In this document: piece by piece, positions 47,310 through 56,904 of the stretch | Layout of the letters: every line of letters begins with the position of its first letter | How positions within the stretch are numbered: the stretch's first letter is position 1 | Source: a candidate division FCPU426 bacterium | GTDB taxonomy: Bacteria; Oederibacteriota; Muellerivitia; Muellerivitales; Muellerivitaceae | Direction: 5' to 3' | Assembly: GCA_963771075.1 (NCBI GenBank) | Contig: CAVYSE010000003.1 | Coordinates: forward strand, 320,001 to 384,000 | Length of the DNA: 64,000 nt | Position numbers and translations under genes: made by a program | The notes under the pieces: model-generated | Seen by the model: the letters and a program-made list of their open reading frames with translations, nothing else | The model's database searches: none | Told to the model about the DNA's origin: nothing

Positions 47310-47920
47310 GACGTCATTTCCTCTTTTAGTTCGGGAATTCTCGCCCGAACCTTTTCAATCAGACGCTGGCGAGCCCGGTATATACCCGAAGTGACGCTCC
47401 CCACGGGAATTTTAAGCCGACTGGCGATGGCCTCGTAGGAAAGTTTTTCGATCTCCCGAAGGGTCATCAGTTCCCTTTCCCGCCCCTCCAACCCCTCGAT
47501 TTCCTGGTGAACCAGCTTGAGGGCCGCCTCAGGGTAGGCTTGCGGCTGTACTCTAGACGGGAGTCCGGCAAAATAATCCACGTCCATAGGCATGATTTTT
47601 TTCTTTTTTTCGAGCCAATCCCGGCACAGATTGACCGCAATATGGTTCAGCCAGGTCCCCAAGGAGCATTCAAACCTGAAACGGGATAGGTTTTTAAGGG
47701 CTTTTATAAAGGTTTCCTGGACCATATCTTCCACGTCCGAATCGTTCCCCAGGAAATACCAGCAGGCCCGAATCAGGGCTTTTTGATGGGTTTTATAGAG
47801 TTCTTGAAAGGCCGCTTCATCCCCGGCAAGGATTCGGGAGACCAGTTCTTTGTCGCTGAGACCCAAGCAATTCCTCGCAATAAATAAGGTTCTTTGAGAA
47901 TAATCCTTCAAGACGGACAA
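47306..47920 (-). CDS. ECF RNA polymerase sigma factor
   Basis: GDEAAFQELY, EDMVQETFIKA, TWL.HIAVN, LSYEAIA..L.IPVGSV.S.IYRAR. Confidence 0.95.
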   Translation of the reverse strand: MSVLKDYSQRTLFIARNCLGLSDKELVSRILAGDEAAFQELYKTHQKALIRACWYFLGNDSDVEDMVQETFIKALKNLSRFRFECSLGTWLNHIAVNLCRDWLEKKKKIMPMDVDYFAGLPSRVQPQAYPEAALKLVHQEIEGLEGRERELMTLREIEKLSYEAIASRLKIPVGSVTSGIYRARQRLIEKVRARIPELKEEMTS

Positions 47921-48165
47921 AATTATAGCGGAGGGGTGAATATTTGAGGGTTAAAAGAAGCTATTTAATAAGCAATAATCAAATTTCCACCCCAGGGGCA
48001 CGGAGACCCATGCCGCATTTCAATAATACAAGGGTACATTGTAGCGATTTTTCTGGCCGGTAATTAAGTGTCATATTTATTTGGTTTGGGACCAACCCAC
48101 GTCAAACAATTGGGAAAACTTTAAAGGATTCGTCGTAATCCTGTATTCAGCCGTATTGGCAGAAA

Positions 48166-48196
48166 TAAAAAAGGCCCGGTAATGAACCGAGCCTTT
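48166..48196 (-). terminator. Intrinsic terminator downstream of the SET gene
   Basis: AAAGGCCCGGT-AATGA-ACCGAGCCTTT hairpin followed by a U-run on the minus strand. Confidence 0.65.
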
Positions 48197-48219
48197 GGCC
48201 GTATAAACGGGCTATTTAA

Positions 48220-48726
48220 TCAAGAACCGATGGCAACCTTGATCTTTTCCCTGAATTTCGGCCCAATTTGGACAACCCCGGCGCAATTGGGCGAGCCGCA
48301 CTGGCATTTGAATTCGTAGGTCCAATCTCCCACGTTATCGGTAATGCGGTAATCCCAACTGATCTCCGATCCAGCGGAAATTTCACGGCAAGCCACCAAA
48401 ACGATTCCATTGACCACCTTTGCGCTCGGATCGCAGGAGTGGTTCACAAAACAAAGGGGGTCACAACCGTTAATGTAATCATGAAGCATGATGAAACCCG
48501 GGTAGATATACATGGCATGGTCAACGTTCAGCTTTTCCGCAGGCACCTTCTTTTGAAGCTCATCCAATTCCAACTCAGGAACCACGATCCCACCGAAAAC
48601 ACCAATGACTTCGCCCACTTGGATTTTTCGAACCGAATAGACTCCGTGTCCTTCCATACCGCTTTTGCGAACCTCAACCGCGTCACTGACCCAAGGCGTA
48701 ATTTTCATTGGTTTTTGTAAAACCAT
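48220..48726 (-). CDS. SET domain protein with post-SET cysteines
   Basis: GHGVY, FVNHSCDP, EISWDY and CQCGSPNC motifs. Confidence 0.92.
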   Translation of the reverse strand: MVLQKPMKITPWVSDAVEVRKSGMEGHGVYSVRKIQVGEVIGVFGGIVVPELELDELQKKVPAEKLNVDHAMYIYPGFIMLHDYINGCDPLCFVNHSCDPSAKVVNGIVLVACREISAGSEISWDYRITDNVGDWTYEFKCQCGSPNCAGVVQIGPKFREKIKVAIGS

Positions 48727-48881
48727 CCTTTTACCAGATTACTTCCCTTTGCTTGGGAAGATTGGGGGTGATTGTAACTCAAAGCCCTTGATGGTTCACG
48801 GAGAGTTTGCCCATTTTTTCGGCCGGTTTTCAGGGTTTTTGGCAGGTTGACCGGTTTATCCCCTCGTTTGTTTTCCCCGGT

Positions 48882-49349
48882 CTAAGTGTGGCAATGGCTT
48901 AATCCCCTCTTGGCAAGGTACTGTTGATGATAATCCTCAGCAATCCAGAAAGTTTCCGCCGGAACGATCTGGGTGACAATGGGGCTTTGATAGCCTTTTT
49001 TTTGGAGGTTATCTTTTGATATGCGGGCCGTTTTTTCCTGTTCCGAAGAATGAAAAAAGATGACCGACCGATATTGGGTACCGATATCTGGCCCCTGGCG
49101 GTTCAGGGAAGTGGGGTTATGGCTGTTCCAAAATACTTCCAGGAGTTTTGAATAGGAAATAACTTTCGGATCATAGGTGACCTGCACCACCTCGGCGTGT
49201 CCCGTCTCATCGGTGCAAACATCCCGATAAGTAGGATGATCCATCGTCCCACCCACATAACCAACGGCGGTGGAGACCACGCCCTTTAATTGCCGAAACG
49301 TTTCCTCGACTCCCCAAAAACAACCTGCCCCGAAAGTCGCCTTTTCCAT
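48882..49349 (-). CDS. msrA: Peptide methionine-S-sulfoxide reductase
   Basis: [20 protein letters not shown] and AEDYHQQY motifs. Confidence 0.97.
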   Translation of the reverse strand: MEKATFGAGCFWGVEETFRQLKGVVSTAVGYVGGTMDHPTYRDVCTDETGHAEVVQVTYDPKVISYSKLLEVFWNSHNPTSLNRQGPDIGTQYRSVIFFHSSEQEKTARISKDNLQKKGYQSPIVTQIVPAETFWIAEDYHQQYLAKRGLSHCHT

Positions 49350-49617
49350 TTTCTCCCCCTTTACCCCAACATTACCCAAAAGAGTGCCCGAAAGGTTACC
49401 GGCTTTCGGAAATTTGAATAATACTGAGACCTCTGATGAAAATTAAATGAGCGACAATCAGAGGTCTCGATCCCAAAGATTTCCGCAGGAAATCGTGGGG
49501 TAACCTTGAATGTTTTCCTGAAAAAGGCGGCACAGCCGATTTTTTCAGAGATTACATCCTAGGATTCTTGGAATGGAAAAACCAATAGGGGGGGGGCGAA
49601 AAAACGGGGAGGTCAGG

Positions 49618-50343
49618 TTAAGGCCGGTTCTCATGCCGCCAATAGGCGGCCAAATCGCCGATAAAAACCCCCGGGCCCTCCATCTTGAGGCTCTTCACCG
49701 TCACTCCCAGGGCGATCTTCTCGTGAACCAGATCGTTGGAAAGATCAAAATCGGCGTTGAGAAGAGCTGTCTTTTTAATCTCAAAATCGATCTTCATCGC
49801 GGGTTTATCCGGTTTAGGGGGGTAAGGAAAGGGGATGTTACAAGTCCTCGCCTGGTCCGCACGGGGAGGCCTGGCGGCCTTCGAAGCATCGCTGGCGGCC
49901 AGGGCCCGGTAAACAACCGCCGCGTCCGGGTATTCCAGGCTTCCCCAGATGTTCTTGATCCAATCGGGATAATGCGCGATGGGAAGTGTCCCCCAAATCA
50001 GGTCCAACGGCTGTACCTGCGTCTTCGATCCCTGGGATTCATCCTCGGCCAGGACGCCGCAAACATGAACCGCTTGTCCCAGGAAGGGCTGGACCGCGTC
50101 CAGGAAGGCCTTGGCTTGGGATTCCGGGACATGCACTTTTAATTCGAGCAAGCCGTTGGGGTTGGGTTTTCCATCTCGGTTCATTAGCCATTTTTTGTCG
50201 TCCGGCATGAAGGCGACCAGGAAATCCCCCTCGGGGAGAAGTTTGGCGGGACCCAGGAGCTTGCCCGGAACGTTCGAAAGGTACTTCCCGGTATCGACCA
50301 AGGGGCTTTTTTTTCCAAATACGTCCATCAACCCCATATTCAT
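49618..50343 (-). CDS. Hypothetical protein
   Basis: 241-aa ORF with GGAGG RBS and host-like codon usage; no motif recognised. Confidence 0.7.
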   Translation of the reverse strand: MNMGLMDVFGKKSPLVDTGKYLSNVPGKLLGPAKLLPEGDFLVAFMPDDKKWLMNRDGKPNPNGLLELKVHVPESQAKAFLDAVQPFLGQAVHVCGVLAEDESQGSKTQVQPLDLIWGTLPIAHYPDWIKNIWGSLEYPDAAVVYRALAASDASKAARPPRADQARTCNIPFPYPPKPDKPAMKIDFEIKKTALLNADFDLSNDLVHEKIALGVTVKSLKMEGPGVFIGDLAAYWRHENRP

Positions 50344-50541
50344 GCCTCCAATTGATTTTTTCCTGGATGGAAAAATCTTAGGGTTCTATCGGTTGAAACC
50401 GGCTCCCCGCCGGTCAGCGCATGGTATTTAGCCCAAAATAAAAGAGCGAAAAACCTTTTCACCCTTTGGGGTTTTCGGGTCCCTCGCTCCTTCATCCCAT
50501 TGAATGGATATGCCCGTGCAAATTATTTCCTGATTTTAGGA

Positions 50542-51816
50542 CTAATTGCGCGCGGCCACCTCTTTTTTTGCCTCAACGGCTTTCTTTGCCTTTTCTTTTG
50601 GAACCGCGGTCACGAAGGTGCCGTATTTCTTAATTTCCTCCAGACGGCAGCTCCAGTAGAGCTTGCCCTCGTGCACCGTAATATCCGGACATCCGTCACA
50701 CATGCTCATGCGGCCATCGGCCAGGAGATCCACCGGTTGAATGATGGCGAAATTCTGCATGCAGACCTTCGAAAACCAGGCCGTTGGCGTGGTCAGAAAG
50801 CGCCAAAGGGCGCTGCGCATTTGCCTGTCCCCCCACCCCAGGAACAACAGGGTGGATTTCCCCGCGTGGAGGAGTGAAAGGGGCGCGTAAGAGAGCCAGC
50901 TTCCGAAGAACCGGTGATGAAAATTCTGGATGAACTCCATGAAACCTGGGCTGGTATAACCGAATGTCTTTTTCCGGTTGGCGATGCGGGTGGCCAAGGT
51001 CCATTTCATGTCGTCCGCTTCGATGGTGCCGTTCAAATAGGCGGCCGGTTCGTAAAGAGGATCCGTCTCGCGGATCTTAGCCACGATCTCGTGCGCCTTC
51101 AGGTTCTTTTCCCCGCCCCAAGAGGTCTTGATATAGGTTTCGTAAAGATCCACTTTCTTACCAAAGGCGTAAAAGTCGTAATTCGCGCTCATCCCGGGGG
51201 TACGGAAAAGGATGAACACCATGGTATTGATGATATCGGGGTATTTTTCGGCCCACCTTACGATTTCGGGTATCTCCTGAAGGGTCTGCTCGGATACGGT
51301 TTGGTTGAAGCCACAGACCATACCGCCTTCTTTTGCCACCATATCGGCCAATTTTTGGCGCAATTCGATATGCCCCAATTCGGTGGTCGCCTGGGAATCT
51401 TTTCGCTTTTGTGTGGTGTCGATATGGAAGGTGAAACCAAAGACTCCGGCCTTTTTCAAATCTTTGAGCATTTCAGGGGCCTGCGTCAAAGCCAAACCAT
51501 TGGTATTCATGATGGGTTTCCACCCATAACGGCGCACCATGCGCACGATGTCCAGGATTTGGGGATGAAGCAGGGGATCCCCCCCCGCGATCGAGACGCT
51601 GTCGGTTTTCCGCAGGCGCTTGATGACCTTGAACTCCTCCTCAATCTCATCCAGGGTTTTATGGGCTCCCTTGATGTTTTCGTGGTAGCAGCCCTCGCAC
51701 ATCAAATTGCACTGGGACGTCACTTCCAGCCAGAAAATACCGTTATCTGATAAGGACCAAGGCAAACGGTAATAATCCTGTGGATTTAGGGGTTTGGGTT
51801 CGGTGATTTGCATCAT
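50542..51816 (-). CDS. Radical SAM protein of unknown function
   Basis: CNLMCEGC (Cx3Cx2C), GGDPLLHP, TNG; C-terminal CDGC...SC cluster. Confidence 0.93.
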   Translation of the reverse strand: MMQITEPKPLNPQDYYRLPWSLSDNGIFWLEVTSQCNLMCEGCYHENIKGAHKTLDEIEEEFKVIKRLRKTDSVSIAGGDPLLHPQILDIVRMVRRYGWKPIMNTNGLALTQAPEMLKDLKKAGVFGFTFHIDTTQKRKDSQATTELGHIELRQKLADMVAKEGGMVCGFNQTVSEQTLQEIPEIVRWAEKYPDIINTMVFILFRTPGMSANYDFYAFGKKVDLYETYIKTSWGGEKNLKAHEIVAKIRETDPLYEPAAYLNGTIEADDMKWTLATRIANRKKTFGYTSPGFMEFIQNFHHRFFGSWLSYAPLSLLHAGKSTLLFLGWGDRQMRSALWRFLTTPTAWFSKVCMQNFAIIQPVDLLADGRMSMCDGCPDITVHEGKLYWSCRLEEIKKYGTFVTAVPKEKAKKAVEAKKEVAARN

Positions 51817-51914
51817 TGTTCCTCCGGTAAAGATTGGTCTTTAATATTGACCTGTGGCGAAGGTTTATTCTCAGAGCCAAAGTCTGTCCGGGCAATCAAC
51901 CCCCAAGGTGGAAA

Positions 51915-52418
51915 ATGGAAAACCGTTATGAGGGCGTTTTTGAAAAGAGCAGTTCCAGCATCTGTATCATGAAATCGAACCAACAAGTCGTTTACCAAAA
52001 CCAAACATGCCGGAAACTTTGCGGAAATCACGGCCCCAGTCTTTGTCCTCAAAGCTGCGTGATTTCCTGCGAAAAGGTTTTGGGGCGCCGTATTCCCCGG
52101 GAGGGGATGCATTATTTTTCGAACACCAAGGTCGGCAACGAATTCTTCGACGTCTTATTCTTTCACGATTCTGGCCACCGGGTGGTGGTCCTCCATCCGC
52201 TCCAGCAAAAGTACGAAGCTTGGCTCAAACGCTTCATGAACCGGGACCTGAGCCCTCGGGAACTGGAAGTTGTCCGCTTGGGTCTTCAGGGTCTCACCAA
52301 CTCCCAAATGACCCAGAAACTGGGAATCTCCCGGGCAACCCTCAAAACCCATCTCAATAACATTTATAAAAAAGTGCCGGAGGTGCGTTCCGAAAAGTGG
52401 CGGCTGCTTAAAAACTGA
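51915..52418 (+). CDS. LuxR-family HTH regulator with Cys-rich PAS-like N-terminal domain
   Basis: LSPRELEV...GLTN...LGIS..TLKTHLNNIYKK; N-terminal VVYQN.TCRKLCG..CPQSC..C. Confidence 0.85.
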   Translation: MENRYEGVFEKSSSSICIMKSNQQVVYQNQTCRKLCGNHGPSLCPQSCVISCEKVLGRRIPREGMHYFSNTKVGNEFFDVLFFHDSGHRVVVLHPLQQKYEAWLKRFMNRDLSPRELEVVRLGLQGLTNSQMTQKLGISRATLKTHLNNIYKKVPEVRSEKWRLLKN

Positions 52419-52427
52419 CTTGAAAAC

Positions 52428-52463
52428 AAAAAAGCCCGGCCCCCTCAGGGAACCGGGCTTTTT
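52428..52463. terminator. Bidirectional intrinsic terminator
   Basis: AAAAAAGCCCGG...CCGGGCTTTTT between the convergent LuxR and hppA genes. Confidence 0.85.
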
Positions 52464-52473
52464 CTTTCCCGAA

Positions 52474-54906
52474 TCAGTCGTTGGTAATGCGCATGGCGTA
52501 GAAGGTGCGCCAGACGAAAATGAGCGCGATGGCCATGAATATAACCGCCAGGGCCATGGTCATTCCCGCCAGGACCGGTGAGATGGCCAGTTCCACGGCC
52601 AACAGGCCGAAAAGGGTAGTGAACTTGATGATCGGGTTCATGGCCACCGAGGAGGTGTCCTTGAAGGGGTCCCCGACGGTGTCGCCCACCACAACCGCTT
52701 CATGAAGCTTGGTTCCCTTTTCTTTCAAGATCGCTTCCACGACCTTCTTGGCGTTATCCCAGGCCCCGCCCGCGTTCGCCATGAAGATGGCCTGATAAAG
52801 GCCAAACAGGGCGATGGAAATCAGGTACCCGATGAAGAAATAGGGGTCAAAGCAGGCGAAGGCCAGGGTGAAGCAGAAGACCGCGATGAAGATGTTGAAC
52901 ATGCCGTTCTGCGCGTATTTGGTGCAGATGGCAACCACCTTCTTGGAGTCCTCCACATTGGCTTTCTTGACCTTGGAATCCAGCTTGATGTTGGCGCTGA
53001 TGAATTCCACGGCCCGGTAGGCCCCGGTCGTGACGGCCTGGGTGGCCGCTCCCGTGAACCAGTAGATCACCGCGCCCCCCATGACGAGCCCCAAAAGGAA
53101 GAGGGGATTCAGGAGGGAAAAGTTGATGGCCAACGCGTTCAGCTGATCTTGTGAGATCATGCTCGCTCCCGTGATATGGGCGGCGTTCTTGGCCAAAAGC
53201 ACCAGGATGGAGAACAAGAGGGTGGTGGCTCCCACCACGGCCGTCCCGATCAACACCGGTTTGGCCGTAGCTTTGAAGGTGTTCCCGGCCCCGTCATTTT
53301 CCTCCAGGTAATCTTTTGCCTTTTTAAAGTCAGGCTTGAATCCGAATTCCTTTTCGATTTCTTTATCTACTCCCTTGATCGATTCGATGGTGGATAGCTC
53401 GAACACCGATTGGGCGTTATCCGTGACCGGCCCATAAGAATCCACTGCGATGGTGACCGGGCCCATGCCCAGGAAGCCGAAGGCCACGAGGCCAAAGGCG
53501 AAGACCGCGGGAGCGATCATCAAAGAGCTCATGCTGGTCCCCGTGGTGGCAACCCAGGCTCCCGTGCCCATCAAAACCAGGATCGAAAGGCCCATCCAGA
53601 AGGCCGAAAAGTTCCCGGCCACGAATCCGGAAAGGATATTCAGGGAGGGGCCGCCCTTCCGGGAAGCCATGACCACTTCCTTGACGTGCTTGGAATTCAT
53701 GGAAGTGAAAACCTTCACCAGTTCGGGGATGACGGCCCCGGCCAGGGTCCCGCAGGTGATAATGGTCGCAAGTTTCCACCAAACCGTCCCGTCCCCGACA
53801 TCAGCGATAAGCAGGTCGGAAGCGATGTAAGTGACGATGATGGAAATGATAGAGGTCAGCCAGACCAGGAAGGTCAGGGGATCCTCGAAATTCATCTTGT
53901 CCGCGTTCGAGTAACGGGCCTTGGCCACCGCCGCGTTGATCATGTAGGAAACGCCCGAGGTGATGATCATCATCACGCGCATGACGAAGATCCAGACCAG
54001 GAGCTTGATCTGGTCGGTCGGGTTATTGACCGCAAGAAGGATGAAGGTGATCAGGGCCACGCCCGTGACACCGTAAGTCTCGAACCCGTCGGCCGTGGGG
54101 CCGACTGAGTCTCCGGCGTTATCGCCCGTACAGTCGGCGATGACACCGGGGTTCCGGGCGTCATCTTCCTTGATTTTCAACACGATCTTCATCAGGTCGG
54201 AGCCGATGTCCGCGATCTTGGTGAAGATCCCGCCCGCGATACGAAGGGCGGCCGCGCCCAGGGACTCGCCGATGGCGAACCCGATAAAGCAGTAACCCGC
54301 CAAATCGGCGGGGATGAAAAGAATGATGGCCAGCATGATCAATAGTTCGATGGAAATCAAAAGCATCCCGATGGAAATGCCGGACCGGATCGGGATGGCA
54401 TAGGTCGGGAAAGGCTTGCCCTTCAAGGAAGCGAAGGCCGAACGGGAATTGGCGAAGGTGTTGATGCGGATCCCGAACCAAGCCACCGTCACCGAGCCCG
54501 CGATACCCACCACGCTGAAGAAAAGGATGATTAACATGTTGACTAAGCCCACGGGTTTCAACCAGCCAAAGTAGATAACAATGATGAATCCTATGAACAG
54601 CCACAGGTAGAACAGGAATTTCATCTGGTTCTGGACGTAGGTCTTGCAGGTCTCGTAGATGAGTTCGGAGATATCCCTCATCGACTTGTGCACGGGAAGA
54701 TTCTTGAGGTTGTTGAACATGACGCCCCCAAAAACCATCCCCAGGACGCAGATCAGGAGACCCCAGCAGAGCAGGTCCCAACCGGTGATCGACCCTCCCA
54801 AGAAGCGAATGGAAGCCAAATCAGGCAGCTTTAAGTCCGCCTCGCTCGCGAAAGCGTTGGTGGCCACCGTAAAAAGCGCCACCATCGCGAATACCCTCAT
54901 CACCAT
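52474..54906 (-). CDS. hppA: Membrane H+-translocating pyrophosphatase, K+-independent type
   Basis: GGIFTKIADIGSDL, EDDARN, GDNAGD, DSYGPV.DNA, GNTFKA (Lys at the K+-dependence position) and GDPFKD. Confidence 0.95.
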   Translation of the reverse strand: MVMRVFAMVALFTVATNAFASEADLKLPDLASIRFLGGSITGWDLLCWGLLICVLGMVFGGVMFNNLKNLPVHKSMRDISELIYETCKTYVQNQMKFLFYLWLFIGFIIVIYFGWLKPVGLVNMLIILFFSVVGIAGSVTVAWFGIRINTFANSRSAFASLKGKPFPTYAIPIRSGISIGMLLISIELLIMLAIILFIPADLAGYCFIGFAIGESLGAAALRIAGGIFTKIADIGSDLMKIVLKIKEDDARNPGVIADCTGDNAGDSVGPTADGFETYGVTGVALITFILLAVNNPTDQIKLLVWIFVMRVMMIITSGVSYMINAAVAKARYSNADKMNFEDPLTFLVWLTSIISIIVTYIASDLLIADVGDGTVWWKLATIITCGTLAGAVIPELVKVFTSMNSKHVKEVVMASRKGGPSLNILSGFVAGNFSAFWMGLSILVLMGTGAWVATTGTSMSSLMIAPAVFAFGLVAFGFLGMGPVTIAVDSYGPVTDNAQSVFELSTIESIKGVDKEIEKEFGFKPDFKKAKDYLEENDGAGNTFKATAKPVLIGTAVVGATTLLFSILVLLAKNAAHITGASMISQDQLNALAINFSLLNPLFLLGLVMGGAVIYWFTGAATQAVTTGAYRAVEFISANIKLDSKVKKANVEDSKKVVAICTKYAQNGMFNIFIAVFCFTLAFACFDPYFFIGYLISIALFGLYQAIFMANAGGAWDNAKKVVEAILKEKGTKLHEAVVVGDTVGDPFKDTSSVAMNPIIKFTTLFGLLAVELAISPVLAGMTMALAVIFMAIALIFVWRTFYAMRITND

Positions 54907-55301
54907 GCCACGGGTTTCGCGACACCCATTACTCAAACCCTCTCTCAAACCCATTTGAAGCCTCCGAAGGATTTAATGCCAACCCTCATCCCGACCACTA
55001 CCCACCAATCGGCTGAACCTATCCCCTGAGTTTTAAGTTTATGCCGCGCGCCCCGGCCCGGCATTGGATGTCCTTTCCCAAACTTAACCCGGCAATAAAA
55101 AAGGCTGGAAGAAAACAATGGACGCTGGTAAAACCCAGACAGTCCTGGAACGAACAACGCAACAGATGGTATGCAATATGAGCAACCCTCAAAATGATGG
55201 GAATCATATTACAAAGACGACCGGGACAAGTCGATTTTTTATTGTTAGGTTCTTTGGCCAAAGTTAGGGCATTTTTGTTACAAGCTTGTCACAATCTCAC
55301 T

Positions 55302-56783
55302 TCAATCTTGATGTCCGTCTAACCTCGCGAAATCGATCCATCCTTTTTCCACACTGACCCCGGTCAGTTTAACGCGAACCCTGTCCCCCACATCCAAACC
55401 CTTCGCTCCCTGGGCCAGATAACCTTCAACCGGGGGGTTCAAAAGCCTTACCCAAGTCCCCTTTTGGGAAGCGCCGGTCACCAAGGCCTCAAAGGTCTCC
55501 CCCACCCTTTTTGAGAGGAAAAGGGCGCTGGCGCTTTTTCTCATCTGGCGTTCCACCTTGTCCGCGGCATTTTCCTGTTCCGTGCAATGGACCGCCAATG
55601 AATTCAGTTCAGGCAAAGCGTAGGGTGAAGCCGCATCCAACATGGCCGCCTTCAGGAGCCGCTGGGTGATCAAATCGGGATACCGCCGATTGGGGGCGGT
55701 GGAGTGGTTGTAGTCTTTTACCGCGAGGCCGAAATGCCCCTGGGCGGTCTCTCCCGGTTTTTCCAAAACATACTCCCCCCTGCCCAACAGCTTCACCACC
55801 GCCAGGGATAGGTCGGGAAAACGAAGGGGGTCCTTCACTTTTTGGGACTGCAGAAAACCATTCAGGGCCTTGGAATCCGGTGACGCCGGGAGCTGGCTTC
55901 CCCTTTCGGATGCCAGGGAAACGATACGGTCCCACCTCTCCGGGGTCTTCACCACCCGTCGCAGGGTGGGAAAGCCCTTCCGGGTCAGGAACTTTGCGGT
56001 AATCCCGTTTGCCGCCACCATCAAATCCTCGATAAGTTCCCCAGCCCGGGTCTGTTCCTCGTGTTTGAGATCGACGACCTGTCCATTTTCGGTGACGGCC
56101 CGAGTTTGGAGGGTGGTCAATTCCAAAGCTCCCGCCTCATACCTTCGTTTCCTCAAGCGCTGGGCCGCCGCATCCTGTAGGCGAAGCTGGGCATCCATCC
56201 CCATGACCCGTTGGGCTGGTTCGGGAAGAGGCCCTCTTTTTTCCAGCCAGGCCGATACGCTGATGTAAGCGAGCTTGGCCTTGTTCATCACCCGGGCCCG
56301 GAAAACGCTGGACCGGGAAATCGAACCGTCCGCCTCCACATCCATCTCAATGACCAGGGCCAGCCGGGTTTCGTCCTGATTCAAGGAAGTCAAGTCGGTG
56401 GAAAGCCTTTCCGGAAGCATGGGGAATGTCTTGACCCCCGTATAAACCGAGGTGGTATTCTTCCCCGCGTGAAGATCCAGGGACGTCCCCTTGGAAACCA
56501 GCGAGTCCACGTCCGCCACACCCACCCACAGCCGCGTCCGGCTGCCTCCCAGGTCCTCGCCCACCGAGATCTGATCCAGGTCCCGGGAATCGTCGTTATC
56601 AATAGAACACCAAAGCATGTCACGCATGTCTTTGAGCTCCCCCGAAAGGTCCTGGGCGGATCCGGAGAGACCGCGTAACTGTTGTAAAGCTTCCGATGAA
56701 AAATCAGGTTCAAGACCGAACGAGACCATGGTTCGGTCGGCTATCTGTGCTAAATAGCTTTCTTTAGATTCATGGTTTTCCAA
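55302..56783 (-). CDS. RNB-domain exoribonuclease (RNase II/R family, short form)
   Basis: SIDNDDSRDLDQ, TSVY, IEDLMVAAN, HFGL and HSTAPNRRYPDL motifs; C-terminal S1-like region; TTG start after AAGGAG. Confidence 0.92.
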   Translation of the reverse strand: MENHESKESYLAQIADRTMVSFGLEPDFSSEALQQLRGLSGSAQDLSGELKDMRDMLWCSIDNDDSRDLDQISVGEDLGGSRTRLWVGVADVDSLVSKGTSLDLHAGKNTTSVYTGVKTFPMLPERLSTDLTSLNQDETRLALVIEMDVEADGSISRSSVFRARVMNKAKLAYISVSAWLEKRGPLPEPAQRVMGMDAQLRLQDAAAQRLRKRRYEAGALELTTLQTRAVTENGQVVDLKHEEQTRAGELIEDLMVAANGITAKFLTRKGFPTLRRVVKTPERWDRIVSLASERGSQLPASPDSKALNGFLQSQKVKDPLRFPDLSLAVVKLLGRGEYVLEKPGETAQGHFGLAVKDYNHSTAPNRRYPDLITQRLLKAAMLDAASPYALPELNSLAVHCTEQENAADKVERQMRKSASALFLSKRVGETFEALVTGASQKGTWVRLLNPPVEGYLAQGAKGLDVGDRVRVKLTGVSVEKGWIDFARLDGHQD

Positions 56784-56904
56784 AATGATCTCCTTAAACA
56801 AGTTGAAGACGATTGGTACAAAAAGGGCCGGTATCGGCGTCGCTACGTTACACTTTCTTTTAGGAAGGATCTCAACTTTTTCTTGGATTAAACCGGCTTG
56901 GGTC

